Positions 1-9,421 of a stretch of DNA of 48,396 bases are shown in pieces. This DNA comes from Smithella sp. (lineage in GTDB: Bacteria > Desulfobacterota > Syntrophia > Syntrophales > Smithellaceae): contig JBDKUG010000239.1 of NCBI GenBank assembly GCA_039679815.1, forward strand, positions 1-48,396, given 5' to 3'. Position 1 is the first letter of the stretch; the number at the start of each line of letters is the position of its first letter. The notes beneath the pieces are model-generated. The model did no database searches. It saw only the letters and a program-made list of their open reading frames with translations, and had not been told where the DNA came from. The position numbers and the translations under genes are program-made.

Positions 1-20
1 CCCGATATAAATGATAAAAA

Positions 21-56
21 AAGCAGCTCCGCATGAAGAGAGCTGCTTTTTTATTG
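21..56. terminator. Bidirectional rho-independent terminator downstream of greA
   Basis: Stem aagcagctc (21-29) pairs with gagctgctt (40-48). An A-run (16-22) lies upstream and a T-run (47-52) downstream, so it reads as hairpin plus U-tract on both strands. It lies 38 nt beyond the greA stop. Confidence 0.75.
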
Positions 57-93
57 CATTTTGTGTTTTTGCATATTTCGGGTATGGGACTGC

Positions 94-573
94 TTATTCG
101 AAGGAAATACCGGTAATTTGAAATTTGCGTGTTCCTCCCGGCGTTTTTACGATGATCTCGCTGTCAATGCTTTTACCGATCAGCGCCCTGCCGATCGGGG
201 ATGTAACTGAAATTTTATTGAGATTGATGTCCGATTCAAACGGGCCGACCAACTGGTATTTTATTTCTTCTCCACTGTCACTGTCAATATCGGCGATGGT
301 CACATAACTTCCAAACACCACTTTGTCGCTTACGATTCCGGTCAGATTGATGATGTTGCAGGATGCCAGGTTGTTTTCCAGTTCCTGTGATTTGCCATGC
401 AGGAATGACTGTCGCTCCTTTGCTGCCGAATATTCCGCATTTTCAGAAAGATCGCCATGGGATCGAGCGACTTCGATATCACGGATATTTTCAGGAATGG
501 CTACATTTTTAATGTTGTCCAGTTCCTTTTTTAATTTCTCAAAGCCCTCTCTCGTAATAGGCATCTTTTCCAT
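94..573 (-). CDS. greA: Transcription elongation factor GreA
   Basis: 159 aa. The N-terminal coiled-coil region has the GDLSENAEYSAAKE motif. The C-terminal FKBP-like domain has VSxxSPIGRALIGK. GGAG RBS upstream. Confidence 0.95.
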   Translation of the reverse strand: MEKMPITREGFEKLKKELDNIKNVAIPENIRDIEVARSHGDLSENAEYSAAKERQSFLHGKSQELENNLASCNIINLTGIVSDKVVFGSYVTIADIDSDSGEEIKYQLVGPFESDINLNKISVTSPIGRALIGKSIDSEIIVKTPGGTRKFQITGISFE

Positions 574-830
574 AAATACTCCAGACAGGTTGGCCTTGCT
601 CTGACGTGATTCTATTGTTCAACAACAGGCAGGAACTTCTTTTTCATAATTCCTAAACGAGAAGAAGCGTCCTGTCAAGCAACATTTCATTTTGTGTTTC
701 GTGGACATGCGATGACCGATCGCTTCTACATGATACGGAGATCAACCTGTCAGGCATAAGTTGTTTTGTCGAACAGATTGTGTTAATGAACGTCAGTCAT
801 ACATGTAGAAAGGAAACATTCTTCATAGCC

Positions 831-1823
831 ATGCTCGATAAATATGACAGGGATATCAATTATCTTCGGGTTTCAATTACCGACCGGTGCAATCTGCGCT
901 GCACATATTGCCGCCCCAAGGAAGGTTTTTCACAGAAGGGACACGATGATATTCTCCGTTATGAGGAGATTCTTCGTGTTGTTTCTCAGGCAGTTAAAAT
1001 GGGATTTATCAAAGTTCGTCTTACGGGCGGCGAACCGCTTGTCCGGCGAGGGTTTGTCGAGTTTGCCGCCGCTCTGAAAAAAATTCAGGGCCTTCAGGAT
1101 ATCAGCCTGACAACCAACGGTGCTTTGCTGGATAAATATGCTGAAGGTATTTTCAACGCAGGTATTACCAGGATCAATATCAGCCTGGATTCTTTGGATG
1201 AAAAAAAATATTTTCAGATAACCGGCGGAGGAAATATTGATGATGTATTACGGGGTATTGCTGCCGCGGAAAAGGCCGGTTTTGCGCCTATTAAAATCAA
1301 CACAGTAGTCTTGAAAGGATTCAATGACGATGAAGTGCTGAATTTTGTGGATTTGGCCAGGAAGAAACCTTTTCAGATTCGCTTTATCGAAATCATGCCG
1401 ATCAGTGAGGTGAATATCAATCAGCCGCAGGAGTTTCTGGCTGCGGATCAGCTGCTGAACATTATCGGCAGGCACTTCCAGCTTGAACCGGTCAACGGGA
1501 AGATACACAAATCGGACGGTCCGGCCAGAATATTCAAAGTTAAGGGGGGACGGGGAGAGATCGGCATTATCAATTCTGTCAGCGATCATTTCTGCGCCAC
1601 CTGCAACCGGATGCGGCTGACCGCTGACGGCAAACTGCGTGTCTGCCTTCTCAAGGAAGAAGAAGTTGATTTGAAGGATGCACTGAACAGCCGTTGCGGT
1701 GATGCTGAGTTAGCGGGTCTGATCCGTCGGGCGATATTGTTGAAGCCCGAAAAACACGACATGGACTGCACGGACAGACATTTGAAAAAATGTTACCGCG
1801 ATATGTCGGACATTGGCGGATAA
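831..1823 (+). CDS. moaA: GTP 3',8-cyclase MoaA (radical SAM, molybdenum cofactor biosynthesis)
   Basis: YLRVSITDRCNLRCTYC radical-SAM cluster motif, plus the C-terminal CATCNRMRLTADGKLRVCL second-cluster motif. The ORF is open from GTG 780, but ATG 831 (MLDKYDRDINYLR...) matches a typical MoaA N-terminus. Confidence 0.9.
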   Translation: MLDKYDRDINYLRVSITDRCNLRCTYCRPKEGFSQKGHDDILRYEEILRVVSQAVKMGFIKVRLTGGEPLVRRGFVEFAAALKKIQGLQDISLTTNGALLDKYAEGIFNAGITRINISLDSLDEKKYFQITGGGNIDDVLRGIAAAEKAGFAPIKINTVVLKGFNDDEVLNFVDLARKKPFQIRFIEIMPISEVNINQPQEFLAADQLLNIIGRHFQLEPVNGKIHKSDGPARIFKVKGGRGEIGIINSVSDHFCATCNRMRLTADGKLRVCLLKEEEVDLKDALNSRCGDAELAGLIRRAILLKPEKHDMDCTDRHLKKCYRDMSDIGG

Positions 1824-1957
1824 AATTCCGTTGATGCAATAATCTGAATATGAAGTATAATATACGATAGTTTTGTTGTTGCCACTGAAAGGGGAGCAGG
1901 TGACTGCCTGTCCCGAGAAACGAAAAGCTCTGCTGTCTTTGATAAGAGGGTGGCTTC

Positions 1958-2740
1958 ATGTTATTTGATCCGCTACAGGCCGTCTCACAGGATCACTGGC
2001 TGGAAACAGAACTGGGACGTTATATATTTTCCAGGCAGGAAAAATTGATCATGGATCTGGTGCGCCCTTCCGCCGGTGAATCTGTGCTGGATGTTGGATG
2101 CGGATCGGGTAATTATTTAAAGCTGTTCCTGCAAAAAAAATGCTCCCTGACCGGAATTGATCCATCAGATGCCGCCCTCGCTTCAGCCAAAAATAAACTC
2201 GGTCATCGTTGCGACCTTGTACGGGGTAATGCTGTTGATCTTCCTTTTTCTGATAATGAATTTGATGTCGTTACTTTAATCAATAATGTACGTACCCTAG
2301 ATGATCCGCAAAAGATCATTACGGAGGCTGTCCGTGTAAGCCGAAGCCGTGTTTTTATCGGTTTTTTCAATAAGCATTCTTTTGTGGGAACCCGCCAGTC
2401 TGTCCGTAAGCTTTTTGGTTTTCCCGTCACTTCCGGAATACGCTTTTTCACTGTCGGCGAAATGCTGTCCATCATCAGCGAAGCAATGTCATCGCCTTCG
2501 GCCACATGGGGATCCGTGATTTATCTTCCCGGTCCAGTTTACACCTTTTTTTCGGAGCTGGAGGAACTTTTTCCCATCAAGAAAAATCCACTGGGTGCCT
2601 TTGTCGGGATAGCTTTTGCTGTCAACTATACTTATCAAACTGTCCAGAGTCCCATTTTGGATTCATTTGATGTGAAAGCAAAAACGAGGGCCGCGGCTCC
2701 GGAAGCTGTTCGCGTCATGCTGCAGGAAGGTGATCCATGA
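1958..2740 (+). CDS. Class I SAM-dependent methyltransferase
   Basis: 260 aa. Has the VLDVGCGSGNY motif I and a downstream acidic loop (GIDPSD). GAGGG RBS. The stop overlaps the next start (ATGA). Confidence 0.8.
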   Translation: MLFDPLQAVSQDHWLETELGRYIFSRQEKLIMDLVRPSAGESVLDVGCGSGNYLKLFLQKKCSLTGIDPSDAALASAKNKLGHRCDLVRGNAVDLPFSDNEFDVVTLINNVRTLDDPQKIITEAVRVSRSRVFIGFFNKHSFVGTRQSVRKLFGFPVTSGIRFFTVGEMLSIISEAMSSPSATWGSVIYLPGPVYTFFSELEELFPIKKNPLGAFVGIAFAVNYTYQTVQSPILDSFDVKAKTRAAAPEAVRVMLQEGDP

Positions 2741-3747
2741 TCCGCGAAGCGCTGCTTTATGATAAGCTGGATGACGACCGCGTTCAGTGCGCGCTGTGCG
2801 CTCACCGCTGCAAAATCAATCCCGGTCGACGGGGTCTCTGTGGTGTGAGAGAAAATAAAAATGGTGTTTTATATTCTCTTGTTTTTGGAACACTGATTGC
2901 CGAGCACGTTGATCCGATTGAAAAGAAACCTTTTTTCCATGTGCATCCCGCGACGAGATCCTATTCCATAGCCACGGTCGGTTGCAATTTCAGCTGTGAA
3001 TTTTGTCAAAATCATGAAATATCTCAAATGCCCCGTTCCACGCTGATGATTACGGGTGAAGATACGGCTCCTGCGGTCATTGTGGAGCGGGCAAAAAAAA
3101 GTTCCTGCAAAACCATAGCTTATACTTATACGGAACCGACAGTTTATCTGGAAACCGCATTGGAAACCGCCAAGATTGCCTGTTTGGAAGGTTTGCAGAA
3201 TGTTTTTGTGACAAACGGCTTCATGACTCCGGAAGCCATTGGAATTATTTCATCTTATCTTGCTGCAGCCAATGTGGATTTAAAATCTTTTCGTGATGAA
3301 TTTTATAAAAAGCAATGCGGTGCGAAGCTCAACCCGGTTTTAGACACCTTGAAAAAGATCAAGGAACGGGGAATCTGGCTGGAAATTACCACTCTGCTTA
3401 TTCCCGGATTAAACGACTCTCTGGAAGAGTTACGGGACATAGCGGCGTTCATCTGCAGCCTGGGTCCAGAAACTCCCTGGCATATCAGCAGGTTCCATCC
3501 ACAGTTTAAGATGGTCAGGACGCCGCCGACCCCGATTTCCTCGCTCCACAGGGCCTGTCATATCGGAAAGGAAGCAGGATTAAAGTATGTTTACAGCGGG
3601 AATGTGCCGGGCGATGAGGGTGAAAATACCTATTGCTCAAATTGTTCTAATCTGCTAATTAATCGTTATGGTTACAGAATTGTCGCCAACCATCTGTCGG
3701 GAAATTCATGTCCCGAATGCGGAAAGAAACTGGAGGGTGTTTTTTAA
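2737..3747 (+). CDS. Radical SAM enzyme, AmmeMemoRadiSam-system / PflA-like activase type
   Basis: 336 aa. N-terminal CALCAHRCKINPGRRGLCGVR Cys motif, a CNFSCEFCQN radical-SAM cluster, and a C-terminal CSNCSN...CPECG zinc-ribbon-like motif. Confidence 0.75.
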   Translation: MIREALLYDKLDDDRVQCALCAHRCKINPGRRGLCGVRENKNGVLYSLVFGTLIAEHVDPIEKKPFFHVHPATRSYSIATVGCNFSCEFCQNHEISQMPRSTLMITGEDTAPAVIVERAKKSSCKTIAYTYTEPTVYLETALETAKIACLEGLQNVFVTNGFMTPEAIGIISSYLAAANVDLKSFRDEFYKKQCGAKLNPVLDTLKKIKERGIWLEITTLLIPGLNDSLEELRDIAAFICSLGPETPWHISRFHPQFKMVRTPPTPISSLHRACHIGKEAGLKYVYSGNVPGDEGENTYCSNCSNLLINRYGYRIVANHLSGNSCPECGKKLEGVF

Positions 3748-3987
3748 AACTCTTTAAAGATAACAGTCTCATGGGCACCTTCGATAAAATATCTGTCCGG
3801 ATTTGGCCAGATTTCATTTTTTATACCTCTTGTTTATCGATTGTAATTTTTTCTGTTATTCTGATCAAAGCACTATATGTTGTGGTATTGCTTTTCTTGA
3901 ATACATATTGTTGTATTTTCACTTTACAAAGGAAATATCTTTTGTTAGGCTTTTCCAAAATTTAGACAGTTTGATTAAAGATACATT

Positions 3988-6900
3988 ATGAAGCTTAAAC
4001 GGCTAGAAATATCAGGTTTTAAATCTTTCCGTGACAAAACCGTCATTGATTTTTCCCAGGGCGTAAATGCGATTGTCGGGCCCAACGGCTGTGGAAAATC
4101 AAACGTGGTTGACGCGATCCGCTGGGTGATGGGGGAGCAGCGGGTCAAAGCACTGCGCGGAAAGAAAATGGACGATGTAATTTTCAACGGAAGTGAAGAT
4201 GCCGCTCCCGTAAGCATGGCGGAAGTGGTCATGACCCTGTCCAGTGACGGGTCAAGCTTCCCCGGTGTATACGGTGAGTTGACGGAAGTTTCTATTTCAC
4301 GCAGAGCCATTTTAGACGATGAAAACGAATACTGCATCAATCGTGTACCCTGCCGCCTGCTGGACATCAAAGAGTTCTTCATGGGAACGGGCGTTGGCGC
4401 AAGAACTTATTCTCTGGTGGAGCAGGGTTCCGTGGCCACCATGGTGGAGGCCAAACCGGAAGACCGCCGCATGTTCATTGAAGACGCGGCAGGCGTGTCC
4501 AAATACAAAAGCCGTAAAGATGCCGCTGTTCGAAAGATGGAAGCAACCAGGCAGAACATTCTCCGCCTCAACGACATCCACAAGGAAGTCAAATCCCAGC
4601 TCAATGCCATTGCCAGACAGGCCAAAAAAGCCGAGCAATACAAGGAAATAAAGCTCCGGATCAAGGATACCGAACTGATTCTTGCCAGGCAGGATTTTGC
4701 GCAACTGGCAGGTAAAAGTGACGAATTGCAGGAATCCCGTGCTCATTTTTCCGGGCAGTCTGAAAGCATCCGGGCTCAACTGGAAGCAAAGGAGTCCACG
4801 CTGGAAGAAATGAAGGCGAAGCTGATGGAGAACGATGAACAAATCAGCCGCCGTCAAACCGAGCTTTATGAAATCAAAAATTCAATAACCATCAAGGAAA
4901 AAAATATTGAGTTTTCGCGCCGCCGGATTACCGAAGCCACGGAGCGCAAACAAAAGAATCAATCTGAAATAGATTTGATGGAGCATAAAAAGTCATCCCT
5001 CGCGGTTGAAATGGATAACCTGCAGAAAAAGGCGGAGGAAGCCATGAACCGGATGACCCAGCTTCAGAACGAGCTGGACGCCGGCCAGAAAGAAGTTGAG
5101 GGGCTTCTGGAAAACGACAGGGAAATCAACTCACGGCTGGAAGAACATAAAATCCGATACATTGATGTGATGCAGGACCTGGCCAAGTTCAATAACATCA
5201 TCGCGACCCTCAACAAAAACCTGGAGGATTTCAAGAAGCGCGAAGAGAGGGAAAACCGTGAAATTGAACAGGATAAAAACAGGTTTGATGAGCTTGCGGT
5301 AAAGCTGCAATCGCTTACTGCGGATCAGGCTGCCGAAGAGGAGGAAATCAAGAAGCTGACCGGGCAGAAAGAAGCGATCGCAGACGAGCTGCAAAGGGCC
5401 AGATCGGATCTGCAGATCCTTGAAGAGCGGATCATGCACATCAAGGAAGAGGCAGGCGGAAAGTCATCGCGCCTGCAATCGCTGGGAGAATTTCAGGCCG
5501 CTTTTAAATGGTCCAGCGAAGGTGTGAAGAAGGTGATTGAAACGCAGGGTGATCAGGACAGGTTTTACGGAGTGGTAGCCGATCACATCAATGTGCCCCG
5601 CGAATATGAATCCGCCGTGGAGGCGGTTCTGGGCGACAAGCTGCAGTATGTTGTGGTGAAGAGCCAGGAAGAAGGCCTTCGTGCCATTGATTATTTAAAG
5701 AATTATCAGTTGGGCCGGGGCAGTTTTGTGCCGGTCGAATTGCGCGGCAATTATGCTGAAACGTACAGCGCCGAGCATCTTGAGGAAGCGGAGCCGCTTC
5801 GAAATAAAGTAGTTGTTCAGGAAGAATTTCAACAGATTGCCGATTGCCTCCTCGGGGATGTCTTATTAACGCCATCGATCACCACAGGGATTAATCTATG
5901 GAAGAAAAACGGCTTCCGGGGGACATTGGTGACACCGGAAGGCGATATCATCAGCCCAAACGGAGTGTTGACCGGTGGCAGCGGAGCGGCGGTGGAAAAA
6001 AGTCTGCTGGCGACCAAAAGAGAAATCGCGGAACTGGAAACGGACGTCAGAAGACTTTCTGTCGAACTGGATGATCAAATTCAGGAAAAGAAAATACTGG
6101 TTTCATCGATCGCCGGTTGGGATGAAGAACTCACGGAGCTGAAAAACAGGACACACCGGCTGGACATAGACATCAACGGCCGTAAAAAAGATTTGGAACG
6201 GTTTGAGGATGAATCGGAAAGATTGAAACAGAGAATCGCTGTCCTCGAATACAACCGTCAGAATATAAAAACGGAAGAAGCCCAGGCCGCTCAGAAACTT
6301 CTGGAGATCAAAGAAAATGTCCTCATGAAAGAAACGGCTGAAAAAGAGCTCAACGAAATTATCTCCGTATTCAACAACCGCAGGCAACAGTCGCGGACGG
6401 CTATTGACACACAGGAGAGATCCCTGACGGAGAAAAAAGTTTTGCTGGCTTCTCTGGCGGAGAAGAAGGAGGCGGACCTGAGAACCGTTACGCGGCTGCA
6501 GCATGATATCAGCCTTAATGACAGTGAAGTTTCAAGAAAAAAAGAAGAGATCACCGCCTGCGAAACGCAGATGACGGATTTGGCCTCGGCCGTTGAAGCG
6601 GAACAGGAAATGTTGCAGTCCCTTTACGGCAAACTGGCATCCTGCGAAGCGGTGTTGACCGAAATGAAAGAAAAGAGGGCCGCTGAAGATGAACGGCTCA
6701 GGGGGCAGGAAAACGAAATCCGCGACATTAAGCGAAATCTCGATGATCTGCAGAAGCAGGCAAACGAGCTGGAAATGCAGTGCCGTGAAGCGGCTTTAAA
6801 CATTGACAATCTGCAAAAGACGGTAACTGAAAAACACGGTGTTGATCTTAAGGCCGTAATGGCGGATTTTATCATGGTCACGGAGGACAGAATAGCCGAA

Positions 6901-7536
6901 CTATCCGCTGTGCTGGATAAAGACAGGCAGACGATTGATAATTTCGGCGAAGTGAATCTGCTGGCGCTCAACGAATATGCTGAACTCGATCAGCGCAATG
7001 AGTTTTTGACGACGCAGCTTGCCGATCTTAACGAATCGCTGTCTTCCCTGCAGAGGACGATTACCCGGATCAATAAAATATCCCGTGAACGGTTTGCCGA
7101 AACCTTCGCCGCCGTCAATGAATGCTTCAAAGATGTATTTGCGAAGATTTTCCCCGGCGGCCGGGGCAGGCTGCTGCTCACCGATGAGAATGATCTTCTG
7201 GAAACCGGCGTGGATATTGATATTCAGATTCCGGGCAAAAAAGCGCAAAGCGTCAGCCTGTTGTCCGGCGGAGAAAAATCGCTTGCGGCGATCGCCCTGA
7301 TTTTTTCCATTCTCATGTACCGCCCCACACCCTTCCTGATTCTGGATGAAGTGGATGCGGCGCTCGACGATGCCAATACCAACCTTTTCAACCGGTTGAT
7401 CAAGGGTGTTGCCGGGCAGTCCCAGGTCATCATGATTACGCACAACAAGAGCACGATGGAAGTTGCCGATACGCTTTTTGGCGTGACCATGCAGAAACAG
7501 GGGATATCATCTCTGGTCTCCGTCAACCTGAACTAA
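3988..7536 (+). CDS. smc: Chromosome segregation protein SMC
   Basis: 1182 aa. Walker A GPNGCGKSN at the N-terminus, long coiled-coil arms, a central hinge (GVVADHINVPREYESAVEAVLG), and a C-terminal LSGGEKSLAAIALIFSI signature plus Walker B ILDEVDAALD. Confidence 0.97.
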   Translation: MKLKRLEISGFKSFRDKTVIDFSQGVNAIVGPNGCGKSNVVDAIRWVMGEQRVKALRGKKMDDVIFNGSEDAAPVSMAEVVMTLSSDGSSFPGVYGELTEVSISRRAILDDENEYCINRVPCRLLDIKEFFMGTGVGARTYSLVEQGSVATMVEAKPEDRRMFIEDAAGVSKYKSRKDAAVRKMEATRQNILRLNDIHKEVKSQLNAIARQAKKAEQYKEIKLRIKDTELILARQDFAQLAGKSDELQESRAHFSGQSESIRAQLEAKESTLEEMKAKLMENDEQISRRQTELYEIKNSITIKEKNIEFSRRRITEATERKQKNQSEIDLMEHKKSSLAVEMDNLQKKAEEAMNRMTQLQNELDAGQKEVEGLLENDREINSRLEEHKIRYIDVMQDLAKFNNIIATLNKNLEDFKKREERENREIEQDKNRFDELAVKLQSLTADQAAEEEEIKKLTGQKEAIADELQRARSDLQILEERIMHIKEEAGGKSSRLQSLGEFQAAFKWSSEGVKKVIETQGDQDRFYGVVADHINVPREYESAVEAVLGDKLQYVVVKSQEEGLRAIDYLKNYQLGRGSFVPVELRGNYAETYSAEHLEEAEPLRNKVVVQEEFQQIADCLLGDVLLTPSITTGINLWKKNGFRGTLVTPEGDIISPNGVLTGGSGAAVEKSLLATKREIAELETDVRRLSVELDDQIQEKKILVSSIAGWDEELTELKNRTHRLDIDINGRKKDLERFEDESERLKQRIAVLEYNRQNIKTEEAQAAQKLLEIKENVLMKETAEKELNEIISVFNNRRQQSRTAIDTQERSLTEKKVLLASLAEKKEADLRTVTRLQHDISLNDSEVSRKKEEITACETQMTDLASAVEAEQEMLQSLYGKLASCEAVLTEMKEKRAAEDERLRGQENEIRDIKRNLDDLQKQANELEMQCREAALNIDNLQKTVTEKHGVDLKAVMADFIMVTEDRIAELSAVLDKDRQTIDNFGEVNLLALNEYAELDQRNEFLTTQLADLNESLSSLQRTITRINKISRERFAETFAAVNECFKDVFAKIFPGGRGRLLLTDENDLLETGVDIDIQIPGKKAQSVSLLSGGEKSLAAIALIFSILMYRPTPFLILDEVDAALDDANTNLFNRLIKGVAGQSQVIMITHNKSTMEVADTLFGVTMQKQGISSLVSVNLN

Positions 7537-7652
7537 TCCATTCCTTTACTTTAGCAAAGAAAATCGTTATGAATGTAGATGAGAAGGCGTGAACCGTTTT
7601 CACTCGAGTGGTTTTTCCTGGATGTAATTGGAATCATTCAGGTATAATTTTT

Positions 7653-7810
7653 AACCCAGATTACGCAATAGACAAAGCAGACATTTCTTATGTCATTTCG
7701 ACCGAAGGGAGAAATCTTTCAGAGTATAGAATGATGAAGATTTCTCGTCGCTACGCTCCTTCGAAATGACACAGAGAAACAACAAATCTCTCTATTGCGT
7801 AATCTGGGTT
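7653..7810 (+). mobile_element. MITE-like palindromic repeat element, copy A (non-autonomous, no ORF)
   Basis: Perfect 19-bp terminal inverted repeats: aacccagattacgcaatag (7653-7671) and ctattgcgtaatctgggtt (7792-7810). Nested internal inverted repeats gtcatttcga/tcgaaatgac and agaaatct/agatttct. A second copy at 28097-28253 is its reverse complement. Confidence 0.8.
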
Positions 7811-7836
7811 TAATAAAGAAAGGAATCTGCAGTCAA

Positions 7837-8748
7837 TTGGGTTTATTCGACAAATTAAAAGCGGGGCTCACCAAAACACGCGACTCCCTGACAAAAAATC
7901 TGGACAATCTTGTTTTTGGTAAGAGGGTTCTGGATCAGGCCCTGTTTGAGGAACTGGAAGAGCTGATGATTTCGGCGGACATGGGTCCGCAGTTTACCTA
8001 TGATTTGATTGATGATGTCAAGCAGCGTGTGAAACGCAAGGAGCTGCAGGATGCATCACAGATTAAAAAGGTTTTGCAGGAACGCATGATGGCGATTCTT
8101 CAGCTGATGGAAAAGCCGCTGAGAGTTCCGAAAAATCAGCCCTTTGTGATCATGGCCATTGGAGTCAACGGCAGCGGCAAGACAACCACCATTGGTAAAT
8201 TGGCAAATCTCCTTCACAATGACGGTCATGAGATTCTGCTTGTGGCTGCAGATACCTTCCGGGCGGCAGCCATCGAACAGTTGGAAGTATGGGGCACCCG
8301 TGTCGGCGCGCCCGTGATCAAGCAGAAAATGAATGCCGATCCGGCCGCTGTTGTTTTTGACGCCGCGGGCAGGATTAAAGCGGGTTTTCAGGGTGTAGTG
8401 ATTGTGGATACGGCCGGTCGCCTGCACACCCGGACCAATCTGATGGAGGAACTCAAAAAGGTCAAAAGGGTTATCAGTAAAGAACTGCCGGGAGCGCCGC
8501 ATGAGATCTTGCTGGTTTTGGATGCCACAACCGGCCAGAATGCCGTAATGCAGGCAAAAATGTTTAAGGAAGACATCGGGGTGACAGGCATTGTTCTCAC
8601 GAAACTGGACGGTACGTCCAAGGGCGGTGTTGTGGTTCGCATTGCCGGGGAACTGGGGCTTCCGGTCCGTTTTATCGGCGTCGGAGAGGGCCTGGACGAT
8701 TTACGGGTCTTTGACAGCGGGGATTTCACGGCAGCTCTGCTAGACTGA
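7837..8748 (+). CDS. ftsY: Signal recognition particle receptor FtsY (short, NG-domain form)
   Basis: GVNGSGKTTTIGKLA P-loop, DTAGRLH, TKLDGTSKGG. The ORF is open from 7795, but that start lies inside the repeat TIR. TTG 7837 gives (M)GLFDKLKAGLTKTR, a typical FtsY N-terminus, with AAGGAA about 11 nt upstream. Confidence 0.9.
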   Translation: MGLFDKLKAGLTKTRDSLTKNLDNLVFGKRVLDQALFEELEELMISADMGPQFTYDLIDDVKQRVKRKELQDASQIKKVLQERMMAILQLMEKPLRVPKNQPFVIMAIGVNGSGKTTTIGKLANLLHNDGHEILLVAADTFRAAAIEQLEVWGTRVGAPVIKQKMNADPAAVVFDAAGRIKAGFQGVVIVDTAGRLHTRTNLMEELKKVKRVISKELPGAPHEILLVLDATTGQNAVMQAKMFKEDIGVTGIVLTKLDGTSKGGVVVRIAGELGLPVRFIGVGEGLDDLRVFDSGDFTAALLD

Positions 8749-8774
8749 GGTGCCGTTGATCACGGCAATGGAAG

Positions 8775-9419
8775 ATGAACAAAATATTCGCCATCGGAGA
8801 TATACACGGCTGTCTAGACAAACTGCAGCGTCTTATCCGGGAGATTAAAGCCGATCCCGTAAATGACACCCTGGTCTTTATCGGTGATTATATCGACCGG
8901 GCAGATGGAAGCCGGGACGTTGTGGATTATATTTTGAAGCTCAAAAAGACCTTTCAGAAGATGATCTGTCTTCGCGGAAATCACGAATCCATGCTGCTTA
9001 GGTATCTGGATGGCGTGGAAGATGACATCTATTTAGCCAATGGCGGTCTCGCGACGCTCAAGGCATATGGAATATTGCGGTCGGATGCGCCGCGGGAGAG
9101 AAAGAAAAAAATTCCCGCGGATCATCTGAAGTTTTTTAAAGACCTTTTGCCCTACTATGAAACAGATCAATTTATTTTTGTGCATGCCGGTCTGATTCCC
9201 GGCAGAGCGATTAATGAACAGTCTCTTTATGACATGCAGTGGGTCAGACAGACATTTATTGATTCCGATTATGATTTTGGGAAAAGGGTTGTCTTCGGAC
9301 ACACCCATTTCAGTGAACCGATGGTTGCCGGCAATAAAATCGGTATTGATACGGGGGCGGTTTATGGCGGAAAGCTTACCTGTGTGGAACTGCCGGCGTT
9401 AAAATTTTATCAGGTGTAA
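8775..9419 (+). CDS. Metallophosphoesterase (PPP-family Ser/Thr phosphatase-like)
   Basis: 214 aa. Motifs GDIHGC, GDYIDRA, GNHE and VHAG...GHTH. Confidence 0.8.
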   Translation: MNKIFAIGDIHGCLDKLQRLIREIKADPVNDTLVFIGDYIDRADGSRDVVDYILKLKKTFQKMICLRGNHESMLLRYLDGVEDDIYLANGGLATLKAYGILRSDAPRERKKKIPADHLKFFKDLLPYYETDQFIFVHAGLIPGRAINEQSLYDMQWVRQTFIDSDYDFGKRVVFGHTHFSEPMVAGNKIGIDTGAVYGGKLTCVELPALKFYQV

Positions 9420-9421
9420 AT

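Noticed and set aside
574-830. Possible Moco riboswitch upstream of moaA
   Set aside because: I looked for the conserved Moco-motif elements: a P1 closed around a GAUACGG-type strand, a CCUCC segment, and GGAAAGG at the RBS. Only gatacgg and gaaagga-like fragments are present. There is no complementary strand and no CCUCC box. This is not supportable by eye, and an Rfam scan could settle it.
3708-3991. Two small hydrophobic ORFs (85 and 62 aa) upstream of smc
   Set aside because: They lie in an AT-rich intergenic region and overlap each other and the radical-SAM gene 3' end. Neither has an RBS. The hydrophobicity is what T-rich DNA is expected to produce.
7795-7836. ORF-track start of ftsY at 7795
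   Set aside because: These codons are read from the terminal inverted repeat of the MITE-like element. TTG 7837 gives the canonical GLFDKLK N-terminus with an RBS.
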